Counted from the stretch's first letter, positions 11,269 through 23,909 are shown. The stretch is 63,570 bases of DNA from Myxococcales bacterium (GCA_012744445.1 JAAYBZ010000165.1:1-63570); one strand, 5' to 3'. Program-made: numbers and translations. The notes: generated by a model from the sequence alone, not told the origin.

Positions 11269-13527
11269 ATGGTTGGGAACTCCGGACGCGAGCGCCCGCT
11301 GGTGCTCGTCAGCAACCGCCTCCCCGTCTCCCTCGAGCGGAGAGATGGCACCTTCCATGCGCGGATGAGCAGCGGCGGGCTCGCCACGGCGCTCTCGGGC
11401 GTGTCCGAGGACGCGGCGACGTGGATCGGGTGGCCGGGGCTCGTCGTCGATCCCTCCGAGGAAGCGGCGGTCGAGCGCGCGCTCGACGAGCACGGCCTCC
11501 GAGCCGTCTTCCTCTCCCACCACGACGTCGAGCACTACTACCACGGCTTCGGGAACGGGATCGTCTGGCCCCTCTTCCACTACTTCACCGATCGGGTCAT
11601 CCACGATCGCGAGGCCTTCGCCACCTACCTCGACGTGAACCACCGCTTCGCCGAGCGCATCGCGGAAGAAGCCCCCGAGGGGGCCCACGTGTGGATCCAC
11701 GACTTCCACCTCCTCGCGGTCTCCAACGCGCTCCGTCAGCTCCGCCCCGACGTCGTCATCAGCTTCTTCCTCCACATCCCCTTCCCCTCCTCCGAGCTCT
11801 ACCGGATGATCCCGCAGCGCGAGGAGCTCCTCCGCGGGATGCTCGGCGCCGACTACATCGGCTTCCACACGCACGACTACGCGCGGCATTTCCGCTCCAC
11901 CTGCCTCCGGGTGCTGGGCGTGGGCTCCTCGCCCGACGCCGTCGCCTTCGGCGGGCGGCGCGTCGGCATCGGCGTGCACCCCATCGGCATCCCGGTCGAT
12001 CGCTTCGAGGCCGCGCTCACGAGCGACGAGACCACGCGCTACATCGCCGACCTCCGCGAGCGCTACGGCGGGCGCAAGGTCATCCTCGCCGTCGAGCGCC
12101 TCGACTACACCAAGGGCATCCCGCTCAAGCTGCGCGCCTTCGAGACCTTCCTCGCGCGCGACCCGCGGCGTGCGCGCGAGGTCGTGCTCCTCCAGGTCCT
12201 CGTCCCCTCGCGCCTCGACAACCCCGAATACCAAGAGCTCAAGCGCGAGATCGACGAGACCATCGGCCGGCTCAACGGCGACTTCGGCGAGCCGGGCATC
12301 GCGCCCATCGAATACCTGAACCGCAGCCTCGATCCGCACGAGCTCGTGGGGCTCTACGCCTACGCCGACGTCGCGCTCGTCACGCCGATGCGCGACGGCA
12401 TGAACCTCGTCGCGCAGGAGTACTGCCTCTGCCAGTCGCTCCACGCCGAGCGCACCGAGCGGGCGCCGGGCGTGCTCGTGCTCAGCGAGTTCGCCGGGGC
12501 GGCCAACAGCCTCTCTCGCGCGCTCCTCGTAAACCCGTGGGACGTCGAGGGCGTGGCGGACGCCATCGAGGAGGCGCTCTCCCTCTCGCCCGACGAGCGC
12601 AACCTCCGCATGAAGACCATGGCCGAGCGGGTGCGCCACCTCGACTGCCACCGCTGGGGCAAGGAGTTCTGCCGCTCCGTCGAGCGCTGGGTCGAAGAAG
12701 AATCCAATCGCGAGTCGGCGCCGAGGCTCGGCCGGAGCGCGAGCCGCGAGATCGTGCGCCGCGCCGTCGAGGCGCCTCGGCGTGTCCTCTTCCTCGACTA
12801 CGACGGCACGCTCCGCGAGATCGTCTCCCACCCCGACGCGGCCCGCCCCACCGATGAGATCCGCAAGCTCCTCGCACACCTCGCGTCGATGCCGGACACC
12901 GAGGTGCACGTGGTGAGCGGGCGCGATCGGCGCACGCTCGACGCCTGGCTCGGCGATCTCCCGATCTCCCTCTGCGCCGAGCACGGCTTCTACACGCGCC
13001 CGCGCGGCGGCGAGTGGCGGGCGGCCCACCACGTCGATCTCTCCTGGATGCAGGCGGCCGAGGAGGTGCTCCGGGGCATCGTCGAGGAGGTGCCGGGCAG
13101 CCACCTCGAGAAGAAATCCGCCGGCCTCGCGTGGCACTACCGCCTCTCCGACGACGACTACGCCGAATGGCGCGCGCGCGAGCTCTGCGCGATCCTCTCG
13201 GAGGAATTCGCGAGCCTCCCCATCGAGATCCTCCGCGGCCACAAGGTGCTGGAGATGCGCGCCGCCGGCGTCAACAAGGGCAGCTATCTCCGCGAGCGGC
13301 TCGACGGAGAGCCCGACGACACCTTCGTCCTCTGCATCGGCGACGACCGCACCGACCTCGACATGTACGCGGCGATGCCGCCGCAAGGCGTCGCGATCCA
13401 CGTGGGCTCCGAGGGCGACGGAATGGACTACCGCCTGGACTCTCCGCGCGAGGTGCGCGATTTCCTCCGCACGGTCCACGCGGCCATCGTCGACTCGGCC
13501 ACCGCGGCGGCAGGGCCTATCGGATGA
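11269..13527 (+). CDS. otsA: bifunctional trehalose-6-phosphate synthase / trehalose-6-phosphate phosphatase (OtsA-OtsB fusion)
   Basis: The N-terminal GT20 part has LVLVSNRLP, DFHL, LFLHIPFP, PMRDGMNLVAQEY and SEFAGA. The C-terminal HAD part has LFLDYDGTL and GDDRTDLDM. ATG 11269 is preferred over ATG 11212 because codons 11212-11268 have low GC3. Confidence 0.9.
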   Translation: MVGNSGRERPLVLVSNRLPVSLERRDGTFHARMSSGGLATALSGVSEDAATWIGWPGLVVDPSEEAAVERALDEHGLRAVFLSHHDVEHYYHGFGNGIVWPLFHYFTDRVIHDREAFATYLDVNHRFAERIAEEAPEGAHVWIHDFHLLAVSNALRQLRPDVVISFFLHIPFPSSELYRMIPQREELLRGMLGADYIGFHTHDYARHFRSTCLRVLGVGSSPDAVAFGGRRVGIGVHPIGIPVDRFEAALTSDETTRYIADLRERYGGRKVILAVERLDYTKGIPLKLRAFETFLARDPRRAREVVLLQVLVPSRLDNPEYQELKREIDETIGRLNGDFGEPGIAPIEYLNRSLDPHELVGLYAYADVALVTPMRDGMNLVAQEYCLCQSLHAERTERAPGVLVLSEFAGAANSLSRALLVNPWDVEGVADAIEEALSLSPDERNLRMKTMAERVRHLDCHRWGKEFCRSVERWVEEESNRESAPRLGRSASREIVRRAVEAPRRVLFLDYDGTLREIVSHPDAARPTDEIRKLLAHLASMPDTEVHVVSGRDRRTLDAWLGDLPISLCAEHGFYTRPRGGEWRAAHHVDLSWMQAAEEVLRGIVEEVPGSHLEKKSAGLAWHYRLSDDDYAEWRARELCAILSEEFASLPIEILRGHKVLEMRAAGVNKGSYLRERLDGEPDDTFVLCIGDDRTDLDMYAAMPPQGVAIHVGSEGDGMDYRLDSPREVRDFLRTVHAAIVDSATAAAGPIG

Positions 13528-14545
13528 AGGTCCAGCTCACCTCGGGCACGAGCTCGAGGTGGACGTGGTTCTCGTGGAGCTGGTCGCGGTGCGGCGTGAT
13601 CACCGTCTGGAAGATCTGCGCGTCGATCATCTCGCAGGTGATGCGCCGGAGCTCGGGGTTGGGATCGGAGGCGCCCACGCCCTCCGCGCACGGCATCACG
13701 CCGCGCTCACGGTTGCCCCAATCGGCGAGGACGTCGAGGGTGCGGCCGTCCTCGAACTCGAGGAAGCGAACGTCGATCGCGAGCGCCGAGGCATGCCCGC
13801 TCCGCTTGCCGGTCTGCGCCACGCGCGCGTCGGGGCGGAAGACCGAGAGGTGACGGATCCGCCTCACGCCCTCCCGCTTGAGGACGGGCGAGAGCTTGAG
13901 GAGCGCGACCACGAGGCGACAGTCCATCACCTCGTGCACCGTGCGGCGCCCCTCGAAGACGTAGTCGACGCCGCCGATCGGCCCCTTGGGGCGCACGTAG
14001 AGGTGCTCGTCGGAGGCGCCCTCGGTGACCTCGTAGCGCACGCCGTGCGCGTCGAGGAGCGCCTTGCACTCGCGGGGCGAGAGCGCCCTCGGATCGAGCG
14101 CGAGCCCGGGCGGCGGCGTCACCGAGGCCGCGGGCTCCACGGCCGGCTCGCGCGAAGGCGCCTCGGCGCGCGCTTCGGTGGGCCGCACGGACTTGCTCGG
14201 TGACTTCTTCGACGAGGTCCGCGTGGTGCGCGTCTCGCGGCGCGCGCGCGAAGCGCTCGCCGGCTTCGCGTCCACCTCGTGGTGCACGTGCGCGTCGTCC
14301 TCGAGGTCGTCCTCGGCCTCGAGCGTCGCCGCGGTGGCGACTGCAATCGGCGCCTCCTCGACCGGCGCCGATCGCCGCGCGGGCTCGATGCGCTCCGTCA
14401 TCCCTGGCGAGACGCGCGCCGTGATCGGACGCTCCGCGCCCGCGGTGCTCGCGCCGCCGACCCGCGCGCCCGGCTCGAGCGCGCAGGCGCCCACGACGAG
14501 CGCGGCGATCGCGCCGAGGAGGAGGAGCGGGCGTTCGACGACCAT
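13517..14545 (-). CDS. secreted extensin-like C-terminal domain (LAS/M15-like) lipoprotein
   Basis: Signal/lipobox MVVERPLLLLGAIAALVVGAC. A low-complexity linker follows. The C-terminal ~200 aa (RHLSVFRP...HASALAIDV...HENHVHLEL) fits the extensin-like C-terminal family with His/Asp metal ligands. Confidence 0.7.
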   Translation of the reverse strand: MVVERPLLLLGAIAALVVGACALEPGARVGGASTAGAERPITARVSPGMTERIEPARRSAPVEEAPIAVATAATLEAEDDLEDDAHVHHEVDAKPASASRARRETRTTRTSSKKSPSKSVRPTEARAEAPSREPAVEPAASVTPPPGLALDPRALSPRECKALLDAHGVRYEVTEGASDEHLYVRPKGPIGGVDYVFEGRRTVHEVMDCRLVVALLKLSPVLKREGVRRIRHLSVFRPDARVAQTGKRSGHASALAIDVRFLEFEDGRTLDVLADWGNRERGVMPCAEGVGASDPNPELRRITCEMIDAQIFQTVITPHRDQLHENHVHLELVPEVSWTFIR

Positions 14546-14725
14546 GCGATGCACCGGGATTTCCCCAGTCTATCGCAACTCCCTCGGGGCGCCGAAATTG
14601 CGGCGAATTTCCGTGAACGTCACACACGCGTCCCAGACGTGGGCGCCTGGGCGCGCGAGTTGTTAGGTTTGCCGAATCACCTCTCGCGACGTACGCACGA
14701 GGTGAAGGAGGGGGGACGTAGTACG

Positions 14726-16123
14726 ATGGGCAGACTACCGATCAGGATCGACTACTCACTCGCGATGCACCCCGGCACCTCCGCCCCCGGTGGGCTCGAT
14801 GAGCGGGAGCTCGACGCGTGCGCCTCACGCTTCACGGAGGCCCTCGACGCGACGCTCCACGACGTCCGCCGCGGCGCCCTCGGGTTCTGGGGTCTCGGCG
14901 GCGATCCCACGATCGCCGACGCCATCGACGCGGTCGTGGCGAAGCTCCCTGCCGTCGACGACGTGATGGTGCTCGGCATCGGAGGCTCGAGCCTCGGCGG
15001 CCGGAGCATCCTCGAGGCCTTGCGAGGCCCCACGGGCCTCGGCCTTCCGATCACGCCGGGGCCCCGCGTCCACTTCCCGGACAACAGCGATCCCTTCGTC
15101 CTCCGCGCCCTCTTCGAGCACCTCCGCCCCGAGCGCACGCTCGTCGTCGCGATCAGCAAGTCCGGCGGGACCGTCGAGACGGCCGCCGCGCTCCTCCTCG
15201 CGCGGGCCTTCCTCCGCGACGCGCTCGGCGAGAAGGGCATGCGCGAGCGCCTCGTGATCATCACCGATCCCGAGAGCGGCCCGCTCCGCGATCTCGCCTG
15301 GCGCGAGTCGCTCGCGTCGCTTCCGGTCCCCAAGAACGTCGGCGGGCGCTTCAGCGTGCTCACGGCCGTCGGCCTCCTCCCCGCCGCGCTCGCGGGCGTC
15401 GACGTGCGGGCCCTCCTCCGCGGCGCCGACGCGATGCGCGCCGCGTGCGAGACCCGCGACCTGCGCAAGAACCCCGCCGGGCTCTTCGCGGCGCTCCACG
15501 TGCTCCACCACGAACGCCACGGACGCGGCATCCACGTGCTCATGCCGTACGCCGACGCGCTCCGCCCCTTCGCGACGTGGTTCGTCCAGCTCTGGGCCGA
15601 GAGCCTCGGCAAGCGCGTCGATCTCGGGGGGAACGTCGTCGAGCGCGGCCCCACCCCGATCCCCGCCGTCGGCGCCACCGATCAACACGCGCAGGTGCAG
15701 CTCTTCATGGAAGGACCGCGCGACAAACTGATCACCTTCATCGCGGTCGACGAGCCCGCGGGTGACCTCGCCATCCCCCATGAACAGGGGGTCTTCGACG
15801 ATCTCGGCGGCCTCACCATGGCCGGCCTCCTCGACGCCGAGCGGCGCGGCACCGCGCTCGCGCTCGCGCGCGACGGAAGGCCGAGCCTCACCCTCCACGT
15901 GCCGCGGATCGACGCGTTTTCATTGGGCTCTCTCTTCTTCTTCTTCGAGGCGGCGACGGCCTTCGCGGGCCGCCTCTACGGCGTGGACGCCTTCGGACAG
16001 CCCGGCGTGGAGCTCGGGAAACGTCTCGCGTCGGCCCTCCTCGGACGCGCCGGATTCGAGTCCGAGCGCGAGATGGTGCGCGAGACGGAATCGAATCGAA
16101 ACGAGTCGCACGTGCTCGAATGA
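14726..16123 (+). CDS. pgi: glucose-6-phosphate isomerase
   Basis: The ATG at 14726 is preceded by GAAGGAGGGGGG. Motifs GIGGSSLG, ISKSGGTVET, GGRFSVL and DQHAQVQLFMEG match the PGI family (short bacterial type). Confidence 0.9.
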   Translation: MGRLPIRIDYSLAMHPGTSAPGGLDERELDACASRFTEALDATLHDVRRGALGFWGLGGDPTIADAIDAVVAKLPAVDDVMVLGIGGSSLGGRSILEALRGPTGLGLPITPGPRVHFPDNSDPFVLRALFEHLRPERTLVVAISKSGGTVETAAALLLARAFLRDALGEKGMRERLVIITDPESGPLRDLAWRESLASLPVPKNVGGRFSVLTAVGLLPAALAGVDVRALLRGADAMRAACETRDLRKNPAGLFAALHVLHHERHGRGIHVLMPYADALRPFATWFVQLWAESLGKRVDLGGNVVERGPTPIPAVGATDQHAQVQLFMEGPRDKLITFIAVDEPAGDLAIPHEQGVFDDLGGLTMAGLLDAERRGTALALARDGRPSLTLHVPRIDAFSLGSLFFFFEAATAFAGRLYGVDAFGQPGVELGKRLASALLGRAGFESEREMVRETESNRNESHVLE

Positions 16124-16148
16124 GGTAGACTCGCTCGGTCGAGCAGCC

Positions 16149-17045
16149 ATGACCGCCGAGGACGAACGCGCCACCGATCCGCTCCGTACGTCGATCACGA
16201 GCGTCGGCGACATCCAGAGTCCCATCGAGCGTGACGTGGCCTCGCTCGTGATCCTCCGCGGCGTCGAGCTCCGCCCGCCGGTGCGCCTCGGCCTCGACGG
16301 GCTCGTCATCGGGCGCTCCTCCGAGGCCGACTTCTGCATCGAGCACGAGAGCATCAGCCGCCAGCACTGCCGCATCGAGGCCACCCCCGAGGGTTATCGC
16401 GTCCGCGATCTCCAATCGACCAACGGCACCTACGTCAACGACCGCCGGGTCGACGTGGCCTACCTCCGCGACGGCGATCAGATCCGGACCGGCCGCGTCA
16501 TCCTCAAATTCGTCGTGGGCACCATCGAGGGCGCGTACCACCACGAGCTCTATCGCCTCGTCACCCTCGATCCACTCACGCAGGCGTTCAACCGCCGCCA
16601 CTTCGAGCAGGAGCTCGAGCGAGAGCACTCCCGCGCGTCGCGCTACGGCCGGACGTTCTCGGTGATCGTCTTCGACTTCGATCACTTCAAGCGCATCAAC
16701 GACACCTACGGGCACCTCGCGGGCGACGCCGTCCTCAAGCAGCTCAGCGAACAGTTCCGCGCCCGCATCCGCCGCGACGACGTCTTCGCGCGCATCGGCG
16801 GCGAGGAATTCGCCGTGCTCTGCCCCGAGTCCGATCTCGAGGGCGCGAGCCACCTCGCGGCCGACCTCAACCTCCTCGCCAAGCGCGCGCGGATCGAGTG
16901 GGAGGGCGCGATCATCCCGGTGACGATCAGCCTCGGCGTCGCCGAGTGGAGTGGCCCCGACGAGCTCCCCAAGGCGCTCCTCGATCGCGCCGACGCGCGC
17001 CTCTACGAGGCCAAGCGCACGGGCCGCGACCGCTACTGCGCCTGA
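16149..17045 (+). CDS. FHA-domain diguanylate cyclase (GGDEF)
   Basis: The N-terminal FHA has GRSSEADFCIEHESISRQHCRI...STNGTYVN. The C-terminal GGDEF has an active-site GGEEF and an RxxD I-site (RRDD) five residues upstream. Confidence 0.9.
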   Translation: MTAEDERATDPLRTSITSVGDIQSPIERDVASLVILRGVELRPPVRLGLDGLVIGRSSEADFCIEHESISRQHCRIEATPEGYRVRDLQSTNGTYVNDRRVDVAYLRDGDQIRTGRVILKFVVGTIEGAYHHELYRLVTLDPLTQAFNRRHFEQELEREHSRASRYGRTFSVIVFDFDHFKRINDTYGHLAGDAVLKQLSEQFRARIRRDDVFARIGGEEFAVLCPESDLEGASHLAADLNLLAKRARIEWEGAIIPVTISLGVAEWSGPDELPKALLDRADARLYEAKRTGRDRYCA

Positions 17046-18607
17046 CGCCGCGGCCGCGGCAGCTTCTTGGGCGGCGTGGGCGGCTCCCAGACCACGCCGC
17101 GCGGCTCCCGGACGTGGAGCACGTAGCCGTCGTCGATCGCCACGCGCTTGAAGCCTTGATGGTGGAGCTCGCAGCGATCGAGCGCGGGCGCCGTGATCAC
17201 GAACCGGGCCTCCGAGGCCGTGACGATGCGGCGCACTTCGGTGCACTCCCGACCCGCCACCTGGAAGTCCGCCTCGGGGAGGTAGCACCGCCAGACGAAC
17301 TGCTTCCAGCTCTCGAGCACGACGAGCGTCTCGCGCTCCTCGACGGCCTCGACGAGCCGCGCGGGGTGTTCGCGGACCACGCTGGGCCGGAGGACGAGCG
17401 CGCTCCCCGCGAAGGCCGCCACCAGGACGAAGGTGGGGACGACGTCGGGGACCGGGCGCCAGTCGAAGACGACGGCGAGGGCCGCGCCGAAGAGCCCGAG
17501 CGCCACGGGATCCACGCCGAGGTCCTTGGCGAGGCTCGCGAGCACCGTGCCGAGGAGCACGGCGCGGACCCAGTACGTGCTCCCCCGGCCGAAGAGCGTC
17601 GACGCCAGCACCACCACCACCGGGACGGCGGCGAAGACGTACCACGGGAGGAAGTTCCGCGAGATGACGCCGAAGAGAAGGTAGTGGCCCGCGGCGAAGG
17701 CCGAGAGGAGCACGCCCGGGACGCGCGCCGACGGCATCGTGAGCGCCCGCACCGCCCCCACGGCGCCCGCCACGAACGGCAGCGTCCACACGTAGAGCGA
17801 GAGGTGCTGCGCGTAATCGGAGGCGCGCCGGCCGTGCGCCTCGAACGCACCGGCCACGCGCTGGAGGAGGTGCGTCTCCACGAGCGACGCCTCGAGCGCC
17901 GGGCCCACCTCGGCGCGCACCCAGACGAACCACCACGCCGAGGCGAGCACGAGACCGAAGAGGTGCGCGCCGACACGCCTGAGCGCCCCGCCGCGGCGCA
18001 GCGCGATCTCGCCCACGACGACGGCGCAGAAGGGGAGCGCCCCCACGAGCTGCTTGGTGAGCACCGCGAGGCCCACCACGATCCCGGCCGCGAAGGCGAG
18101 CCAGGTCGAGCGCCGCTCGATGGCCTTGGTGTGGAGGCCGAGGCTCGCGAGCGTGAAGAAGGCGAGGAACGGCTCGAGCAGGGTCTGCCGCCCGAACTCC
18201 GCGAAGGGCAGGGAGAGGAGGAGGAGCCCCGCGGCGAACGCCCCGGCCCCGCGCCCCGCCATGCGGGTGGCCATCCGATGCGCGAGGACGACGGCGCCCA
18301 TCGACGCGAGCGCCGACGGAAGCCGGAGCGCGAAGGGGGTGAAGCCGAAGACGGCCGTGGTGAGCACGTGCAGCCAGTTGAGGAACGGCGGCTTGCCGTA
18401 GTACGCGTCGAACGCGCCCTCCTCCACGGGATAGAGGAGCTGGCCCTCGTGGAGCATATCGCGCGTGGCCGCGCAGTAGAGGCCCTCGTCCCAGTTGCGG
18501 AGGGCTTCGTCCGAGAGACCGAGACCGAAGCGCGCGATCGCCGCGAGCACGACCACCGCCGTGTCGAGCGCGAGGATCCGCCTCGGGTCGTGCACGTCTC
18601 TCTGCAC
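17033..18607 (-). CDS. ArnT/PMT-like GT-C glycosyltransferase (family 39/83-like) membrane protein
   Basis: 524 aa with a GTG start. There are more than 10 hydrophobic helices. The first-loop motif NWDEGLY and YGKPPFLNW are typical of ArnT/PMT-type enzymes. Confidence 0.8.
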   Translation of the reverse strand: MQRDVHDPRRILALDTAVVVLAAIARFGLGLSDEALRNWDEGLYCAATRDMLHEGQLLYPVEEGAFDAYYGKPPFLNWLHVLTTAVFGFTPFALRLPSALASMGAVVLAHRMATRMAGRGAGAFAAGLLLLSLPFAEFGRQTLLEPFLAFFTLASLGLHTKAIERRSTWLAFAAGIVVGLAVLTKQLVGALPFCAVVVGEIALRRGGALRRVGAHLFGLVLASAWWFVWVRAEVGPALEASLVETHLLQRVAGAFEAHGRRASDYAQHLSLYVWTLPFVAGAVGAVRALTMPSARVPGVLLSAFAAGHYLLFGVISRNFLPWYVFAAVPVVVVLASTLFGRGSTYWVRAVLLGTVLASLAKDLGVDPVALGLFGAALAVVFDWRPVPDVVPTFVLVAAFAGSALVLRPSVVREHPARLVEAVEERETLVVLESWKQFVWRCYLPEADFQVAGRECTEVRRIVTASEARFVITAPALDRCELHHQGFKRVAIDDGYVLHVREPRGVVWEPPTPPKKLPRPRRQAQ

Positions 18608-18732
18608 GGGCCGGAGGGTATTGCGGAGGCGCGACGTTGGCGAGAGCGAATCCGAGCCTGCTAGTCTCGCCGCAACGCTCGACGCCGCGATCCGCGTCGG
18701 GCCCCCACCCCTCGCTCTCCTCTCGCTCCGAA

Positions 18733-21333
18733 GTGCGTCGCCTCGAAGTCTATCTGCGCGTGGCTCTCGTCGTGACCTCCCTCGTCACGGCGGCGAACGT
18801 CGTCTACGGAGTCGTGCGCCATCACCAGGAGTCGCCCCGCGTGGGCGACCTCGCCTTCGCGGCCTTCCACGCCTTCTCGCTCACGCTGCTTCCCGCGCTC
18901 GTCGTCGCGGCGGTCGCCGCGGCGCTCGTCGCCGCGCTCGCGCGTCTGCCGTTCGTCGGCGGGATCGGGGAGCTCCTGCGGGCGCCGATGTTCCAGCCGA
19001 ACCCGGCGCTCCTCTCTCGCGCGCACGCCTTCGTGCTCACCCTGGCGGGCTTCGGCGTGGTGGCGCAGCGCATCGGTCTCCACTTCGCGACGCGCTACCA
19101 CGACGCCTTCCTCTCGAGCGCGGCGCTCGCCGCGTGCCTCGTGGCCCTCGCGGCCGCGCTCCCCGTCGTCCGCGCGCTCCTTTCACGCCTCCTCGGCGCG
19201 ATCTTCGAGAAGCTCCGCTTCCTCGCGGTCCCCTTCGTCTTCTTCGTCCTCTGCGTCGGGCTCGTCGCGGGGGCCATCGCCGCGCTCGCCATCGCGAGCC
19301 CCTCGCTCTTCACCGCCTATCATCCGGCCGACCTCGCCTTCGGCCCCGCGACCTTCGCCGCCTTCGTCGTCGTCGCCTGGCTCTACGAGCGGAGACCGCG
19401 CCGGCTCACCACGTGGGGCACGCCAGCCATCGTGGCGCTCTCCATCGTCTGCCTCCTCGTCTCGGCGCTCACCTACGCCAACCGCTATCGGCACCGCATC
19501 TGGGTCGAGGAGCGCTTCGTGCTGGTGAAGCGCCTCTACCGCGCCGCGGCGGTGATCACCGACCGCGACGGAGACGGCTACTCCGCGCTCTTCGGCGGCC
19601 AGGACTGCGACGACCGCAACCCCGAGATCCACCCCGGCGCGCTCGACGTCCCCGGCGACGGCATCGACGCGGACTGCTTCGGCGGCGACGGCGGCCCCGA
19701 GATCTTCGAGCTGTCGCGCGGACACTTCGCCCCCTCCCCGCTCGGGAGCGTCCGCCCCAACATCCTGCTCATCACCGTCGACGCCCTCCGCCCCGACCAC
19801 CTCGGCTGCTTCGGCTACGAGCAAGAGACCTCACCCAACATCGACGCGCTCTGCAAGGACTCCGTCCGCTTCCACGAGGCCACGGCGCAGAGCTCGCGCT
19901 CCATCCGCTCCATCCCGTCGATGTTCACGGGGTTCGCGCCGAGCCAGATCGCCTACGGCGACGAATACCTCTTCCCCTCGCTCCTCCCGGAGAACGTCCT
20001 CCTCGCGGAGATCCTCGCGCCCTACTACCAGACCGCCGCCGTCCTCGGGACCGACTACTTCACGCGCTTCTCGGGGCTCGATCAGGGCTTCCAGCGCTTC
20101 ATCCAGGACCACGTCTACATCCCGCCGCGCGGCCGCGTCACCGAGCGCGCGATGGACGAGCTCCGCCGCCTGCGCATGATCGACCGGCCCTATTTCCTCT
20201 GGGCCTATTTCTTCAACGTCCACGAGCCCTACCTCCAAGACGGCCTCCCCTCCCGGTTCGGTGAGGGTCGGATGGCGGACTACGACGAGGAGATCGCGCT
20301 CGTCGACGTCGAGATCCAGCGGCTCCTCGAGTTCGAGCGCTCGCTCGACTTCAGGCGCCCCACCGTGATCATCCTCCACTCCGATCACGGCGAGGCCTTC
20401 TGGGAGCACGGGCACATCGGCCACTCGCACAACGTCCACCGCGAGGAGATCCGCTCGACGCTCCTCGTCCACGTCCCCGGGGTCGAGCCGCGCGACGTCC
20501 ACGTCCCCGTCCCGCTCTCGGACCTCATGCCGACGATCGCCAACCTCGCGAACGTCCCCCTCTCGCACGACGTCCCGGCGCGGAGCCTCGTCCCGCTCCT
20601 CACCGAGGAGCCCGGCCCCGAGTTCGTCGACCGCCCGATCTTCAGCGAGGTGCTCCCCGACGGTCACTACCCGTGGGACGAGAAGATGATCCAGCGAGGC
20701 ACGCAGAAGCTCATCTACGATCCGCGGAGCGGTCGCGTGCAGCTCTTCGATCACGCCACCGATCCCTTCGAGCACGACGACCTCAGCGACGATCACCCCG
20801 AGCTGGTGGAAGAGCTCCTCGGCATGTTGCGGAGCTGGATCGCCACGACACACCGCCCCGAACAGCGCGACGAGCTCGTGATCCAGCAGAACCGACTCGA
20901 CGCCCTGCCGGAGGAGATGACGCATCCGCTCGACGTCACCTTCGGCGGCTTCCTCCGCGTCGTCGGCTTCGACCTCAACAAGACGCGCTTCCGTCGGGGC
21001 GACCAGATCGAGCTCGACTTCTACTACGAGGTCCTCGGGGAGACCTCCAAGGACCTCTTCTTCTACGTGGAGGTGCGCGACCTCGAGGGGCGCGAGCTCC
21101 GCCACGACTTCCACGCGCGCCATTACCCCATGAACGGACGGTACCGGACGAATCGTTTCCGCAAGGGCGAGCTCCTCCGCGATCCCATCCGGCTCCCGAT
21201 CCCGCGGAACCTCCGCGCGCCGGGGACGGTCGTGCTCAGCCTCACCGTGGCCGACGGGCGCCACGTCGTGCGCTTCTCGGGCGCGAAGGGCTCGGGCACC
21301 ACGCTCGAGCTCGCGCGGATCGAACTGAAATGA
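18733..21333 (+). CDS. polytopic membrane protein with alkaline-phosphatase/sulfatase-superfamily domain (LtaS/EptA-like architecture)
   Basis: The N-terminus has about 7 TM helices. A MopE-like motif (DRDGDGYS...[13 protein letters not shown]) follows. The sulfatase-fold core has [19 protein letters not shown] and [12 protein letters not shown]. No C/S-x-P-x-R formylglycine motif is present. The start is uncertain (TTG 18637, GTG 18733 or 18760); low GC3 before 18733. Confidence 0.8.
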   Translation: MRRLEVYLRVALVVTSLVTAANVVYGVVRHHQESPRVGDLAFAAFHAFSLTLLPALVVAAVAAALVAALARLPFVGGIGELLRAPMFQPNPALLSRAHAFVLTLAGFGVVAQRIGLHFATRYHDAFLSSAALAACLVALAAALPVVRALLSRLLGAIFEKLRFLAVPFVFFVLCVGLVAGAIAALAIASPSLFTAYHPADLAFGPATFAAFVVVAWLYERRPRRLTTWGTPAIVALSIVCLLVSALTYANRYRHRIWVEERFVLVKRLYRAAAVITDRDGDGYSALFGGQDCDDRNPEIHPGALDVPGDGIDADCFGGDGGPEIFELSRGHFAPSPLGSVRPNILLITVDALRPDHLGCFGYEQETSPNIDALCKDSVRFHEATAQSSRSIRSIPSMFTGFAPSQIAYGDEYLFPSLLPENVLLAEILAPYYQTAAVLGTDYFTRFSGLDQGFQRFIQDHVYIPPRGRVTERAMDELRRLRMIDRPYFLWAYFFNVHEPYLQDGLPSRFGEGRMADYDEEIALVDVEIQRLLEFERSLDFRRPTVIILHSDHGEAFWEHGHIGHSHNVHREEIRSTLLVHVPGVEPRDVHVPVPLSDLMPTIANLANVPLSHDVPARSLVPLLTEEPGPEFVDRPIFSEVLPDGHYPWDEKMIQRGTQKLIYDPRSGRVQLFDHATDPFEHDDLSDDHPELVEELLGMLRSWIATTHRPEQRDELVIQQNRLDALPEEMTHPLDVTFGGFLRVVGFDLNKTRFRRGDQIELDFYYEVLGETSKDLFFYVEVRDLEGRELRHDFHARHYPMNGRYRTNRFRKGELLRDPIRLPIPRNLRAPGTVVLSLTVADGRHVVRFSGAKGSGTTLELARIELK

Positions 21334-21354
21334 CCTCGAACGCGGCCCTTGGTC

Positions 21355-21383
21355 TTGCGAAGGTGGAGACGGCTGATTATCGT
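21355..21383 (+). promoter_or_regulatory. putative sigma70-type promoter TTGCGA-N17-TATCGT for lon
   Basis: Hexamers at 21355-21360 and 21378-21383 with a 17-nt spacer, about 60 nt upstream of the lon ATG. Confidence 0.35.
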
Positions 21384-21392
21384 CGTTTCTGA

Positions 21393-21433
21393 TCGACCCA
21401 AAACACGTAATTCCACGGGTTTTATTGGGTCGA
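21393..21433 (+). promoter_or_regulatory. inverted repeat / 5'-leader hairpin abutting the lon ribosome-binding site
   Basis: TCGACCCAAAAC (21393-21404) pairs with GTTTTATTGGGTCGA (21419-21433). There is a 9-bp perfect core (TCGACCCAA/TTGGGTCGA) plus a bulged extension. The right arm runs into the SD GAGAGG (21432-21437). Confidence 0.45.
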
Positions 21434-21442
21434 GAGGTGCCC

Positions 21443-23881
<2,439 letters not shown>

Positions 23882-23909
23882 GCTCGGGGAGAGCTGCTAC
23901 CATCGGCCC

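Noticed and set aside
9507-12857. A 1116-aa plus-strand ORF.
   Set aside because: It is antisense to the GH15 gene and out of frame with otsA. The product is Arg/Pro/Ala-rich with no recognisable domain. Both overlapped genes have strong family signatures.
18733-21333. Calling the sulfatase-fold protein an arylsulfatase.
   Set aside because: The C/S-x-P-x-R formylglycine motif is absent at the expected position ([16 protein letters not shown]). The polytopic N-terminus fits LtaS/EptA-type transferases better. The call was kept at superfamily level.
21330-21390. A sigma-32 heat-shock promoter or CIRCE element upstream of lon.
   Set aside because: TCTTGCGAA resembles the sigma-32 -35 element CTTGAAA, but no CCCCATnT-like -10 follows. 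The inverted repeat does not match TTAGCACTC-N9-GAGTGCTAA.
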